This document shows, in pieces, positions 47,596 to 61,000 of a stretch of 64,000 bases of DNA (position 1 is the stretch's first letter; each line of letters begins with the position of its first letter). The DNA is from Squalus acanthias (lineage: Eukaryota), in NCBI GenBank assembly GCA_030390025.1, contig CM059438.1, positions 59,336,001-59,400,000 on the forward strand. Reading direction: 5' to 3'. The position numbers and the translations under genes are program-made. The notes beneath the pieces are model-generated. The model was not told where the DNA came from, made no database searches, and saw only the letters and a program-made list of their open reading frames with translations.

Positions 47596-49890
47596 GGGGG
47601 GGCGGCGGGGGGGAAAGTGAGCGGGGGGGCGGTGGGTCAGGGAGCGGGGGTGGGGAGTGGGTCAGGGAGTGGGGGTGGGGAGTGGGTCAGGGAGTGGGGT
47701 GGGAAGTGGGTCAGGGAGCAGGGGGTGGGTCAGGGAGCGGGGGTGGGGAGTGGGTCAGGGAGTGGGGGTGGGGATGAGTCAGGGAGCAGGGGAGTGGGTC
47801 AGGGAGCGGGGGAGTGGGTCAGGGAGCAGGGGCTGGGGAGTGGGTCAGGGAGTGGGAGTGGGTCAGGGAGCAGGGGGTGGGTCAGGGAGCGGGAGTGGGT
47901 CAGGGAGTGGGGGTGGGGAGTGGGTCAGGGAGCAGGGGGTGGGTCAGGGAGCGGGTGGTGGGGATGAGTCAGGGAGCGGGGAGTGGGTCAGGGAGCGGGG
48001 GAATGGGTCAGGGAGCGGGGGAGTGGGTCAGGGAGCGGGGGAGTGGGTCAGGGAGCGGGGGAGTGGGTCAGGAGCCGGGGGTGGGGAGTGGGTCAGGGAG
48101 CAGGGGAGTGGGTCAGGAGCGGGGGAGTGGGTCAGGGAGCAGGGGAGTGGGCAGTGAGCGGGGGGTGGATCAGGGAGCGGGGGTGGGTCAGTGAGCGGGG
48201 GTGGGGAGTGGGTCAGGGAGCAGGGGAGTGGGTCAGGGAGCGGGGGAAGTGGGTCAGGGAGCAGGGGAGTGGGTCAGGGAGCGGGGAGTGGGTCATGGAG
48301 CGGAGTGGGTCAGGTGCGGGGGAGTGGGTCAGGGAGCGGGGGAGTGGGTCAGGGAGCGGCGAGTGGTCAGGGTGCGGGGAGTGGTCAGGGAGCAGGGGGA
48401 GTGGGTCAGGGAGCGGGGGAGTGGTCAGGGAGCAGGGGGAGTGGGTCAGGGAGCGGGAGTGGGTCAGGGAGCGGGGGTGGGGATGGGTCAGGCGTGGGGT
48501 GGGGAGTGGGTCAGGGAATGGGGGTGGGGAGTGGGTCAGGGAGTGGGGGTGGGGAGTGGGTCAGGGAGTGGGGGTGGGGAGTGGGTCAGGGAGTGGGGGT
48601 GGGGAGTGGGTCAGGGCGTGGGGGTGGGGAGTGGGTCAGGGAGTGGGGGTGGGGAGTGGGTCAGGGAGCAGGGGGTGGGTCAGGGAGCGGGGGTGGGGAG
48701 TGGGTCAGGGAGTGGGGGTGGGGAGTGGGTCAGGGCGTGGGGGTGGGGAGTGGGTCAGGGAGTGGGGGTGGGGAGTGGGTCAGGGAGTGGGGGTGGGGAG
48801 TGGGTCAGGGAGTGGGGGTGGGGAGTGGGTCAGGGAGTGGGGGTGGGGAGTGGGTCAGGGCGTGGGGGTGGGGAGTGGGTCAGGGAGCAGGGGGTGGGTC
48901 AGGGAGCGGGGGTGGGGAGTGGGTCAGGGAGTGGGGGTGGGGATGAGTCAGGGAGCAGGGGAGTGGGTCAGGGAGCGGGGGAGTGGGTCAGGGAGCAGGG
49001 GGTGGGGAGTGGGTCAGGGAGTGGGGGTGGGGAGTGGGTCAGGGAGCAGGGGGTGGGTCAGGGAGCGGGAGTGGGTCAGGGAGTGGGGGTGGGGAGTGGA
49101 TCAGGGAGCAGGGGGTGGGTCAGGGAGCGGGTGGTGGGGATGAGTCAGGGAGCGGGGAGTGGGTCAGGGAGCGGGGGAATGGGTCAGGAAGCGGGGGAGT
49201 GGGTCAGGGAGCGGGGAGTGGGTCAGGGAGCGGGGGAGTGGGTCAGGGACCGGGGGTGGGGAGTGGGTCAGGGAGCAGGGGAGTGGGTCAGGGAGCGGGG
49301 AAGTGGGTCAGGCAGCAGGGGAGTGGGTCAGTGAGCGGGGGGTGGATCAGGGAGCGGGGGGTGGGTCAGTGAGCGGGGGTGGGGAGTGGGTCAGGGAGCA
49401 GGGGAGTGGGTCAGGGAGCGGGGGAGTGGGTCAGGGAGCAGGGGAGTGGGTCAGGGAGCGGGGGGGTGGGTCAGGGAGCGGGGGAGTGGGTCAGGGAGCG
49501 GGGAGTGGGTCAGGGAGCGGGGGAGTGGGTCAGGGAGCAGGGGAGTGGGTCAGGGAGCGGGGGAGTGGGTCAGGGAGCAGGGGAGTGGGTCAGGGAGCGG
49601 GGGAGTGGGTCAGGGAGCGGGGGTGGGGAGTGGGTCAGGGAGCAGGGGAGTGGGTCAGTGAGCAGGGGGGTGGGTCAGGGAGCGGGGAGTGGGTCAGGGA
49701 GCGGGGGAGTGGGTCAGGGAGCGGGGGAGTGGGTCAGGGAGCGGGGGAGTGGGTCAGGGAGCGGCGAGTGGGTCAGTGAGCGGGGGAGTGGGTCAGGGAG
49801 CGGGGGAGTGGGTCAGGGAGCGGGGGAGTGGGTCAGTGAGCGGGGTGTGGGTCAGGGAGCGGGGGGGGTGGGTCAGGGAGTGGGGGAGTG
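47596..49890. repeat. G-rich variable minisatellite (GGGGAGTGGGTCAGGGAGC core), 2.3 kb
   Basis: Units of about 18-26 bp with strong G strand skew; the Gly/Ser ORFs here are repeat artefacts. Confidence 0.97.
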
Positions 49891-50577
49891 GCTAAGGAGC
49901 TGTGTGCTGTGTGTCTGCCCATTGCACTACTTGATATCCTGACCAACATTCGTCCCTCGGTCTAGACAGTTTGCAGGCTATTCAGCTATGGAAGCTATTC
50001 TGATCCTGTACACGCTTTGCAGCTGGAGTCCCGTGGCTGTGATCAGGACTGGGAATCTTGGCCCAGTGAGAGGCTGTTGAGTAGGGCCCCCGGGCGAAGA
50101 CTGGCTATCTCAAAACAGACTGATCTAAAGCACAGCAACTCACACAGTGGCCTCAGACACCCAATGGAGGAATCATTTTCATACATTTAAATGAGAGCCT
50201 TGCTGTATTTCCCCCAGTTTTCCCTCACTGAGTGTCTGACCCCCGGTACCTCTGTTGTTGAAACGCTGCCCAGTTCTGTAGGAAGACCTGCGTGGGTGTA
50301 TCTGTTTTATTTCAGACCTGATCTTGTCCAGTTGACATAATGAGCTTGATTGTGTGTGCAATCATTGAGTGGCAGGGCCCCGAGTGGCTGAATGGCCTTA
50401 CTATGTTCTTATGACAGGCTTTTACTAACCAGCGCTCCAAGACTCGTCAATCAGCCGCAAAGGCCTGCAATATGTGAGGGCTCTGTCGAGTGTAATCCTC
50501 AAACTGTTGTGTCTCAGATCAGAGGGCCTCTCTGGCACCTGATACTTTCTCAGATGATTTCCAGCGGGTTTGTTTAG

Positions 50578-51069
50578 ATACAAAATCAAAATACTGCGGA
50601 TGCTGGAAATCTGATATAAAAACAGAAAATGCTGGAAATACTCAGCAGGTCAGGCAGCATCTGTAGAGAGAGAAACAGAGTTAACGTTTCAGGTCGATGA
50701 CCCTTCATCAGAACTGGAAAAAGCTAGAGATGTAACAGGTTTTTAAGCAAGTGTAGGGGCAGGGAAAGGGGGGAGGAGAGGAAAGAACAAAAGGGAAGGT
50801 CTGTGATAGGATGGAAGGCAGGAGAGATTAAGAGACAAGAGAGATGATGGTGCAAAGCAAAAGGAGATGATAATGGGACAAGTTAAGAAACAAAAGATGA
50901 CTTTAGATGAAGTGTAAATGGCAATGGCAGAATGAACGACAGCTGCCATGTGAGAGAGAGAAAAAATGACAAGGGCAGAGGTTATGGTCTGAAATTGTTG
51001 AACTCAGTGTTGAGTCCAGAAGGCTGTAAAGTGCCTAATCGAAAGATGAGGTGCTGTTCCTCGAGCTTG
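50578..51069 (-). mobile_element. Penelope-like element 3' fragment (GIY-YIG endonuclease C-terminus plus pseudo-LTR)
   Basis: Minus strand encodes KLEEQHLIFRLGTLQPSGLNTEFNNFRP*; hammerhead in the tail; possible TTGTTTAG duplication (50570-50577 / 51067-51074). Confidence 0.85.
50679..50715 (-). ncRNA. Minimal type I hammerhead ribozyme (Penelope-associated)
   Basis: Minus strand reads aguu-CUGAUGA-a-GGGUC-auc-GACCU-GAAA-cg-UU-aacu. Confidence 0.75.
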
Positions 51070-51175
51070 TTTAGCTAGTGCACTGGATAACGACTGACCT
51101 CTCTCCACGTTCTGCAATGTATCGAAATGTCACTCTTCATCATGCATTGTCTGAAAGAATTTGAGAATGCATTCA

Positions 51176-52010
51176 GATCCGAAAGTAAAGGGTGGGGCCA
51201 CAAGGGTGGGGAAAGGGCAGGGGAATGAGACTATTTGGAGCGCTCTTTCAAAGAGCCGGCACAGTCACAATGGGCCGAATGACGTCCTTCTGTGCTGTAT
51301 GATTCTATGATAACATCCAAATTTGCCGATGACACAAAGATAGGTGGGGTTGTAAGCAGTGTAGATGAAAGTATAAAATTACAAAGGGATATCAACAGAT
51401 TAAGTGAATGGGCAAAATTGTGGCAAATGGATTTCAATGCAGGCAAATGTGAGGTCATCCACTTTGGACGTAAAAAGGATAGAACAGGGTACTTCCTAAA
51501 TGGTGAAAGGCTAAAACAGTGGCTGTCCAAAGAGACTTGGGGGTCCAGGTACATAGATCATTAAAATGTCATGAACAGGTACAGAAAATAATCAAAAAGG
51601 CTAATGGAATGCTGGCCTTTATATCCAGAGGACTAGAATACAAGGGGGTAGAAGTTATGCTGCAGCTATACAAAATCCTGGTGAGACCACACCTGGAGTA
51701 CTGTGAGCAGTTCTGGGCACCACACCTTAGGAAAGGATAGATTGGCCTTGGAGGGAGAGAATGATAACTGGACTTCGAAATTACGAGGAGAGATTACACA
51801 CATTAGGGTTGTATTCCCTAGAATTGAGAAGGTTAAGGAGTGATCTGCTCGAAGTTTTCAGGATACTCAGGGGAACAGATAGGGTAGATAGAGAGAAGCT
51901 GTTTCCACTGGTTGGGGATTCTAGGACGAGATGGCGGTTGTAGATATTTACAAGAGCGACAACAATGTGGCAAGGTTTGGAGAAATGTTTTCACACGAAG
52001 GGATAGTAGA
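51176..52010 (+). mobile_element. CR1 LINE fragments (a short 3' end at 51176-51310 followed by an RT C-terminal piece)
   Basis: SKFADDTKIGG, KCEVIHFG and LVRPHLEYC motifs. Confidence 0.88.
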
Positions 52011-52050
52011 GCAGGGTGTGCCTCACCACAAGGGGCCATTGAGGAATTAA

Positions 52051-55000
52051 GTGTTCCCCAGTGTTCCCCAGTGTGATTCAGTATTCCCCAGTGTGATTCA
52101 GTGTTCCCCAGTGTGATTCAGTGTTCCCCAGTGTGATTCAGTGTTCCCCAGTGTGATTCAGTGTTCCCCAGTGTGATTCAGTGTTCCCCAGTGTGATTCA
52201 GTATTCCCCAGAGTGATTCAGTGTTCCCCAGTGTGATTCAATGTTCCCCAGTGTGATTCAGTGTTCCCAGTGTGATTCAATGTTCCCCCGTGTTCCCCAG
52301 TGTGATTCAGTGTTCCACAGAATGATTCATTGTTCCCCAGTGTGATTCAATGTCTCCCAGTGAGATTCAGTGTTCCCCAGTGTGATTCAATGTTCCCCAG
52401 AGTGATTCACTGTTCCCCACTGTGATTCAGTGTTCCCCAGTGTGATTCAATGTTCCCCAGTGTGACTCAGTGTTCCCCAGTGTGATTCAATGTTCCCCAG
52501 TGTGATTCAGTGTTCCCCAGTGTGATTCAATGTTCCCCAGTGTGATTCAATGATCCACCGTGTGATTCAGTGTTCCCCAGTGTGATTCAGTATTCCCCAG
52601 TGTGATTCAGTGTTCCCCAGTGTGATTCAGTATTCCCCAGTGTGATTCAGTATTCCCCAGTGTGATTCAGTGTTCCCCAGTGTGATTCAGTATTCACCAG
52701 TGTGATTCAGTGTTCCCCAGTGTGATTCAATATTCCCCAGTGTGATTCATTGTTCCCCAGTGTGATTCAATGTTCCCCAGTGTGATTCAGTGTTCCCCAG
52801 TGTGATTCAGTGCTCCCCAGTGTGATTCAGTGTTCCCCAGTGTGATTCAGTGCTCCCCAGTGTGATTCAGTATTCCCCAGTGTGATTCAGTGTTCCCCAG
52901 TGTGCTTCAGTATTCCCCAATGGGATTCAGTATTCCCACAGTGTGATTCAGTGTTCCCCAGTGTGATTCAATGTTCCCCAGTGTGACTCAGTGTTCCCCA
53001 GTGTGATTCCGTGTTCCCCAGTGTGATTCAATGTTTCCCCAGTGTGATTCAGTATTCCCCAATGGGATTCAGTATTCCCACAGTGTGATTCAGTGTTCCC
53101 CAGTGTGATTCAATGTTCCCCAGTGTGATTCAGTGTTCCCCAGTGAGATTCAGTATTCCCCAGTGTGATTCAGTGTACCCCAGTGTGATTCAATGTTCCC
53201 CAGTGTGATTCAGTATTCCCCAGTGTGATTCAGTATTCCCCAGTGTGATTCAGTGTTCCCCAGTGTGATTCAATGTTCCCCACTGTGATTCAATGTTCCC
53301 CAGTGTGATTCAGTGTTCGCCAGTGTGATTCTGTATTCGCCAGTGTGATCAATGTCCCCCACTGTGATTCAGTGTTCCCCAGTGTGATTCAATGTTCCCC
53401 ACTGTGATTCAGTGTTCCCCAGTGTGATTCAATGTTCTCCAGTGTGATTCCGCATTCCCCAGTGTGATTCAGTGTTCCCCGGTGTGATTCAATGTTCCCC
53501 AGTGTGATTCTGTATTCGCCAGTGTGATTCAATGTTCCCCAGTGTGATTCAGTATTCCCCAGTATGATTCAGTATTCCCCAGTGTTCCCCAGTGTGATTC
53601 AGTGTTCCCCAGTGTGATTCAGTGTTCCCCAGTGTGATTCAGTGTTCCCCAGTGTGATTCAATGTTCCCCAGTGTGATTCCGTATTCCCCAGTGTGATTC
53701 AGCGTTCCCCAGTGTGATTCAGTGTTCAGCAGTGTGATTCAATGTTCCCCAGTGTGATTCAGTGTTCCCCAGTGTGATTCAGTATTCCCCAGTGTGATTC
53801 AGTGTTCAGCAGTATGATTCAATGTTCCCCAGTGTGATTCAGTGTTCCCCATTGTGATTCAATGTTCCCCAGTGTGATTCAGTATTCCCCAGTGTGATTC
53901 AGTGTTCCACAGTGTGATTCATTGTTCAGCAGTGTGATTCAATGTTCCCCAATGGGATTCAGGGTTCCCCAGTGTGATTCAGTATTCCCCAGTGTGATTC
54001 AGTGTTCCCCAGTGTGATTCAGTGTTCCCCAGTGTGATTCAATGTTCCCCAGTGTGATTCAGTGTTCCCCAGTGTGATTCGATGTTCCCCAGTGTGATTC
54101 AGTATTCCCCAGTGTGATTCAGTGTTCCCCAGTGTGATTCAATGTTCCCCAGTGTGATTCAGTGTTCCCCAGTGTGATTCAGTATTCCCCAGTGTGATTC
54201 AGTGTTCCCCAGTGTGATTCAATGTTCCCCAGTGTGATTCAGTGTTCCCCAGTGTGATTCAGTATTCCCCAGTGTGATTCAGTGTTCCCCAGTGTGATTC
54301 AATGTTCCCCAGTGTGATTCAATGTTCCCCAGTGTGATTCAGTGTTCGCCAGTGTGATTCAGTATTCGCCAGTGTGATTCAATGTTCCCCACTGTGATTC
54401 AGTGTTCCCCAGTGTGATTCAATGTTCCCCACTGTGATTCAGTGTTCCCCAGTGTGATTCAATGTTCCCCAGTGTGATTCAGTATTCCCCAGTGTGATTC
54501 AGTGTTCCCCGGTGTGATTCAATGTTCCCCAGTGTGATTCTGTATTCGCCAGTGTGATTCAATGTTCCCCAGTGTGATTCAATGTTCCCCAGTGTGATTC
54601 AGTATTCCCCAGTATGATTCAGTATACCCCAGTGTTCCCCAATGTGATTCAGTGTTCCCCAGTGTGATTCAGTGTTCCCCCGTGTGATTCAATGTTCCCC
54701 AGTGTGATTCCGTATTCACCAGTGTGATTCCGTATTCCCCAGTGTGATTCAATGTTCCCCAGGGTGATTCATTAATCCCCAGTGTGATTCCGTGTTCCCC
54801 AGTGTGATTCAGTATACCCCAGTGCGATTCAGTATTCCCCAGTGTGATTCAGTGTTCCCCAGTGTGATTCAATGTTCCCCAGTGTGATTCAATGTTCCCC
54901 AGTGTGATTCCGTATTCCCCAGTGTGATTCCGTATTCCCCAGTGGGATTCAATGTTCCCCAGTGTGATTCAGCGTTCCCCAGTGTGATTCAGTGTTCAGC

Positions 55001-58000
55001 AGTGTGATTCAATGTTCCCCAGTGTGATTCAGTGTTCCCCAGTGTGATTCAGTGTTCCCCAGTGTGATTCAATGTTCCCCAGTGTGATTCAGTGTTCCCC
55101 AGTGTGATTCAGTATTCCCCAGTGTGATTCAGTGTTCAGCAGTTTGATTCAATGTTCCCCAGTGTGATTCAGTGTTCCCCATTGTGATTCAATGTTCCCC
55201 AGTGTGATTCAGTATTCCCCAGTGTGATTCATTGTTCAGCAGTGTGATTCAATGTTCCCCAATGGGATTCAGGGTTCCCCAGTGTGATTCAGTATTCCCC
55301 AGTGTGATTCAGTGTTCCCCAGTGTGCTTCAGCATTCCCCAGAGTGATTCAATGTTCCCCAGTGTGATTCGATGTTCCCCAATGGGATTCAGTATTCCCA
55401 CAGTGTGATTCAGTGTTCCCCAGTGTGATTCAATGTTCCCCAGTGTGTTTCAGTGTTCCCCAGTGAGATTCAGTATTCCCCAGTGTGATTCAGTGTACCC
55501 CAGTGTGATTCAATGTTCCCCAGTGTGATTCAGTATTCCCCAGTGTGATTCAGTATTCCCCAGTGTGATTCAGTGTTCCCCAGTGTGATTCAATGTTCCC
55601 CACTGTGATTCAATGTTCCCCAGTGTGATTCAGTGTTCGCCAGTGTGATTCTGTATTCGCCAGTGTGATTCAATGTTCCCCACTGTGATTCAGTGTTCCC
55701 CAGTGTGATTCAATGTTCCCCACTGTGATTCAGTGTTCCCCAGTGTGATTCAATGTTCTCCAGTGTGATTCAGCATTCCCCAGTGTGATTCAGTGTTCCC
55801 CGGTGTGATTCAATGTTCCCCAGTGTGATTCTGTATTCGCCAGTGTGATTCAATGTTTCCCAGTGTGATTCAGTATTCCCCAGTATGATTCAGTATTCCC
55901 CAGTGTTCCCCAGTGTGATTCAGTGTTCCCCAGTGTGATTCAGTGTTCCCCAGTGTGATTCAGTGTTCCCCCGTGTGATTCAATGTTCCCCAGTGTGATT
56001 CCGTATTCACCAGTGTGATTCCGTATTCCCCAGTGTGATTCAATGTTCCCCAGTGTGATTCATTAATCCCCAGTGTGATTCCGTGTTCCCCAGTGTGATT
56101 CAGTATGCCCCAGTGCGATTCAGTATTCCCCAGTGTGATTCAGTGTTCCCCAGTGTGATTCAGTGATCCCCCGTGTGATTCAATGTTCCCCAGTGTGATT
56201 CCGTATTCCCCAGTGTGATTCACTGTTCCCCAGAGTGATTCAGTGTTCCCCAGTGTGATTCAGTGTTCCCCAGTGTGATTCAGTGTTCCCCAGTGTGATT
56301 CAGTGTTCCCCAGTGTCATTCAGTATTCCCAAGTGTGATTCAGTGTTCCCCAGTGTGATTCATTATTCCCCAGTGTGATTCAGTGTTCCCCAGTGTGATT
56401 CAGTATTGCCCAGTGTGATGCAGTATTCCCCAGTGTGATTCAATGTTCCCCAGTGTGATTCAGTATTCCCCAGTGTGATTCAGTATTCCCCAGTGTGATT
56501 CAGTGTTCCCCAGTGTGATTCAATGTTCCCCACTGTGATTCAATGATCCCCAGTGTGATTCAGTGTTCGCCAGTGTGATTCTGTATTCGCCAGTGTGATT
56601 CAATGTTCCCCCTGTGATTCAGTGTTCCCCAGTGTGATTCAATGTTCCCCACTGTGATTCAGTGTTCCCCAGTGTGATTCAATGTTCCCCAGTGTGATTC
56701 AGCATTCCCCAGTGTGATTCAGTGTTCCCCGGTGTGATTCAATGTTCCCCAGTGTGATTCAATGTTCCCCACTGTGATTCAGTGTTCCCCAGTGTGATTC
56801 AATGTTCTCCAGTGTGATTCAGCATTCCCCAGTGTGATTCAGTGTTCCCCGGTGTGATTCAATGTTCCCCAGTGTGATTCTGTATTCGCCAGTGTGATTC
56901 AATGTTCCCCAGTGTGATTCAGTATTCCCCAGTATGATTCAGTATTCCCCAGTGTTCCCCAGTGTGATTCAGTGTTCCCCAGTGTGATTCAGTGTTCCCC
57001 AGTGTGATTCAGTGTTCCCCCGTGTGATTCAATGTTCCCCAGTGTGATTCCGTATTCACCAGTGTGATTCCGTATTCCCCAGTGTGATTCAATGTTCCCC
57101 AGTGTGATTCATTATTCCCCAGTGTGATTCCGTGTTCCCCAGTGTGATTCAGTATACCCCAGTGCGATTCAGTATTCCCCAGTGTGATTCAGTGTTCCCC
57201 AGTGTGATTCAGTGTTCCCCCGTGTGATTCAATGTTCCCCAGTGTGATTCCGTATTCCCCAGTGTGATTCCGTATTCCCCAGTGGGATTCAATGTTCCCC
57301 AGTGTGATTCAGCGTTCCCCAGTGTGATTCAGTGTTCAGCAGTGTGATTCAATGTTCCCCAGTGTGATTCAGTGTTCCCCAGTGTGATTCAGTATTCCCC
57401 AGTGTGATTCAGTGTTCAGCAGTATGATTCAATGTTCCCCAGTGTGATTCAGTGTTCCCCATTGTGATTCAATGTTCCCCAGTGTGATTCAGTATTCCCC
57501 AGTGTGATTCAGTATTCCCCAGTATGATTCAGTGTTCCCCAGTGTGATTCAATGTTCCCCACTGTGATTCAATGTTCCCCAGTGTGATTCAGTGTTCGCC
57601 AGTGTGATTCTGTATTCGCCAGTGTGATTCAATGTTCCCCACTGTGATTCAGTGTTCCCCAGTGTGATTCAATGTTCCCCACTGTGATTCAGTGTTCCCC
57701 AGTGTGATTCAATGTTCTCCAGTGTGATTCAGCATTCCCCAGTGTGATTCAGTGTTCCCCGGTGTGATTCAATGTTCCCCAGTGTGATTCTGTATTCGCC
57801 AGTGTGATTCAATGTTTCCCAGTGTGATTCAGTATTCCCCAGTATGATTCAGTATTCCCCAGTGTTCCCCAGTGTGATTCAGTGTTCCCCAGTGTGATTC
57901 AGTGTTCCCCAGTGTGATTCAGTGTTCCCCCGTGTGATTCAATGTTCCCCAGTGTGATTCCGTATTCACCAGTGTGATTCCGTATTCCCCAGTGTGATTC

Positions 58001-61000
58001 AATGTTCCCCAGTGTGATTCATTAATCCCCAGTGTGATTCCGTGTTCCCCAGTGTGATTCAGTATGCCCCAGTGCGATTCAGTATTCCCCAGTGTGATTC
58101 AGTGTTCCCCAGTGTGATTCAGTGTTCCCCCGTGTGATTCAATGTTCCCCAGTGTGATTCCGTATTCCCCAGTGTGATTCACTGATCCCCAGTGTGATTC
58201 AGTGTTCCCCAGTGTGATTCAGTGTTCCCCAGTGTGATTCAGTGTTCCCCAGTGTGATTCAATGTTCTCCAGTGTGATTCAGCATTCCCCAGTGTGATTC
58301 AGTGTTCCCCGGTGTGATTCAATGTTCCCCAGTGTGATTCTGTATTCGCCAGTGTGATTCAATGTTCCCCAGTGTGATTCAGTATTCCCCAGTATGATTC
58401 AGTATTCCCCAGTGTTCCCCAGTGTGATTCAGTGTTCCCCAGTGTGATTCAGTGTTCCCCAGTGTGATTCAGTGTTCCCCCGTGTGATTCAATGTTCCCC
58501 AGTGTGATTCCGTATTCACCAGTGTGATTCCGTATTCCCCAGTGGGATTCAATGTTCCCCAGTGTGATTCAGCGTTCCCCAGTGTGATTCAGTGTTCAGC
58601 AGTGTGATTCAATGTTCCCCAGTGTGATTCAGTGTTCCCCATTGTGATTCAATGTTCCCCAGTGTGATTCAGTATTCCCCAGTGTGATTCATTGTTCAGC
58701 AGTGTGATTCAATGTTCCCCAATGGGATTCAGGGTTCCCCAGTGTGATTCAGTATTCCCCAGTGTGATTCAGTGTTCCCCAGTGTGCTTCAGTATTCCCC
58801 AGAGTGATTCCGTGTTCCCCAGTGTGTTTCAGTGTTCAGCAGTGTGATTCGATGTTCCCCAATGGGATTCAGTATTCCCACAGTGTGATTCAGTGTTCCC
58901 CAGTGTGATTCAATGTTCCCCAGTGTGTTTCAGTGTTCCCCAGTGAGATTCAGTATTCCCCAGTGTGATTCAATGTTCCCCAGTGTGATTCAGTATTCCC
59001 CAGTGTGAATCAGTGTTCAGCAGTGTGATTCAATGTTCCCCAATGGATTCAGTGTTCCCCAGTGTGATTCAGTATTCCCCAGTGTGATTCAGTGTTCCCC
59101 AGTGTGCTTCAGCATTCCCCAGTGTGATTCAATGTTCCCCAGTGTGACTCAGTGTTCCCCAGTGTGATTCAGTATTCCCCAGTGTGATTCAGTGTTCAGC
59201 AGTGTGATTCGATGTTCCCCAATGGGATTCAGTATTCCCACAGTGTGATTCAGTGTTCCCCAGTGTGATTCAATGTTCCCCAGTGTGATTCAGTGTTCCC
59301 CAGTGAGATTCAGTATTCCCCAGTGTGATTCAGTGTTCCCCAGTGTGATTCAATGTTCCCCAGTGTGATTCAGTATTCCCCAGTGTGATTCTGTATTCCC
59401 CAGTGTGATTCAGTATTCCCCAGTGTGATTCAGTGTTCCCCAGTGTGATTCAATGTTCCCCACTGTGATTCAATGTTCCCCAGTGTGATTCAGTGTTCGC
59501 CAGTGTGATTCTGTATTCCCCAGTGTGATTCAGTATTCCCCAGTGTGATTAAGTGTTCCCCAGTGTGATTCAATGTTCCCCACTGTGATTCAATGTTCCC
59601 CAGTGTGATTCAGTATTCCCCAGTGTGATTCTGTATTCCCCAGTGTGATTCAGTATTCCCCAGTGTGATTAAGTGTTCCCCAGTGTGATTCAATGTACCC
59701 CAGTGTGATTCAATGTTCCCCACTGTGATTCAGTGTTCCCCAGTGTGATTCAATGTTCCCCACTGTGATTCAGTGTTCCCCAGTGTGATTCAATGTTCTC
59801 CAGTGTGATTCAGCATTCCCCAGTGTGATTCAGTGTTCCCCGGTGTGATTCAATGTTCCCCAGTGTGATTCTGTATTCGCCAGTGTGATTCAATGTTCCC
59901 CAGTGTGATTCAGTGTTCCCCCGTGTGATTCAATGTTCCCCAGTGTGATTCCGTATTCACCAGTGTGATTCCGTATTCCCCAGTGTGATTCAATGTTCCC
60001 CAGGGTGATTCATTAATCCCCAGTGTGATTCCGTGTTCCCCAGTGTGATTCAGTATACCCCAGTGCGATTCAGTATTCCCCAGTGTGATTCAGTGTTCCC
60101 CAGTGTGATTCAGTGTTCCCCAGTGTGATTCAATGTTCCCCCAGTGTGATTCAATGTTCCCCAGTGTGATTCCGTATTCCCCAGTGTGATTCCGTATTCC
60201 CCAGTGGGATTCAATGTTCCCCAGTGTGATTCAGCGTTCCCCAGTGTGATTCAGTGTTCAGCAGTGTGATTCAATGTTCCCCAGTGTGATTCAGTGTTCC
60301 CCAGTGTGATTCAGTATTCCCCAGTGTGATTCAGTGTTCAGCAGTTTGATTCAATGTTCCCCAGTGTGATTCAGTGTTCCCCATTGTGATTCAATGTTCC
60401 CCAGTGTGATTCAGTATTCCCCAGTGTGATTCATTGTTCAGCAGTGTGATTCAATGTTCCCCAATGGGATTCAGGGTTCCCCAGTGTGATTCAGTATTCC
60501 CCAGTGTGATTCAGTATTCCCCAGTGTGCTTCAGCATTCCCCAGAGTGATTCAATGTTCCCCAGTGTGACTCAGTGTTCCCCAGTGTGATTCAGTATTCC
60601 CCAGTGTGTTTCAGTGTTCAGCAGTGTGATTCAATGTTCCCCAATGGGATTCAGGGTTCCCCAGTGTGATTCAGTATTCCCCAGTGTGATTCAGTGGTCC
60701 CCAGTGTGCTTCAGCATTCCCCAGAGTGATTCAATGTTCCCCAGTGTGACTCAGTGTTCCCCAGTGTGATTCCGTGTTCCCCAGTGTGATTCAGTATTCC
60801 CCAGTGTGATTCAGTGTTCAGCAGTGTGATTCGATGTTCCCCAATGGGATTCAGTATTCCCACAGTGTGATTCAGTGTTCCCCAGTGAGATTCAGTATTC
60901 CCCAGTGTGATTCAGTGTACCCCAGTGTGATTCAATGTTCCCCAGTGTGATTCAGTATTCCCCAGTGTGATTCAGTATTCCCCAGTGTGATTAAGTGTTC

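Noticed and set aside
47568..49942. Gly/Ser-rich ORFs up to 386 aa
   Set aside because: All three frames are open because of the G-rich repeat; no coding signature.
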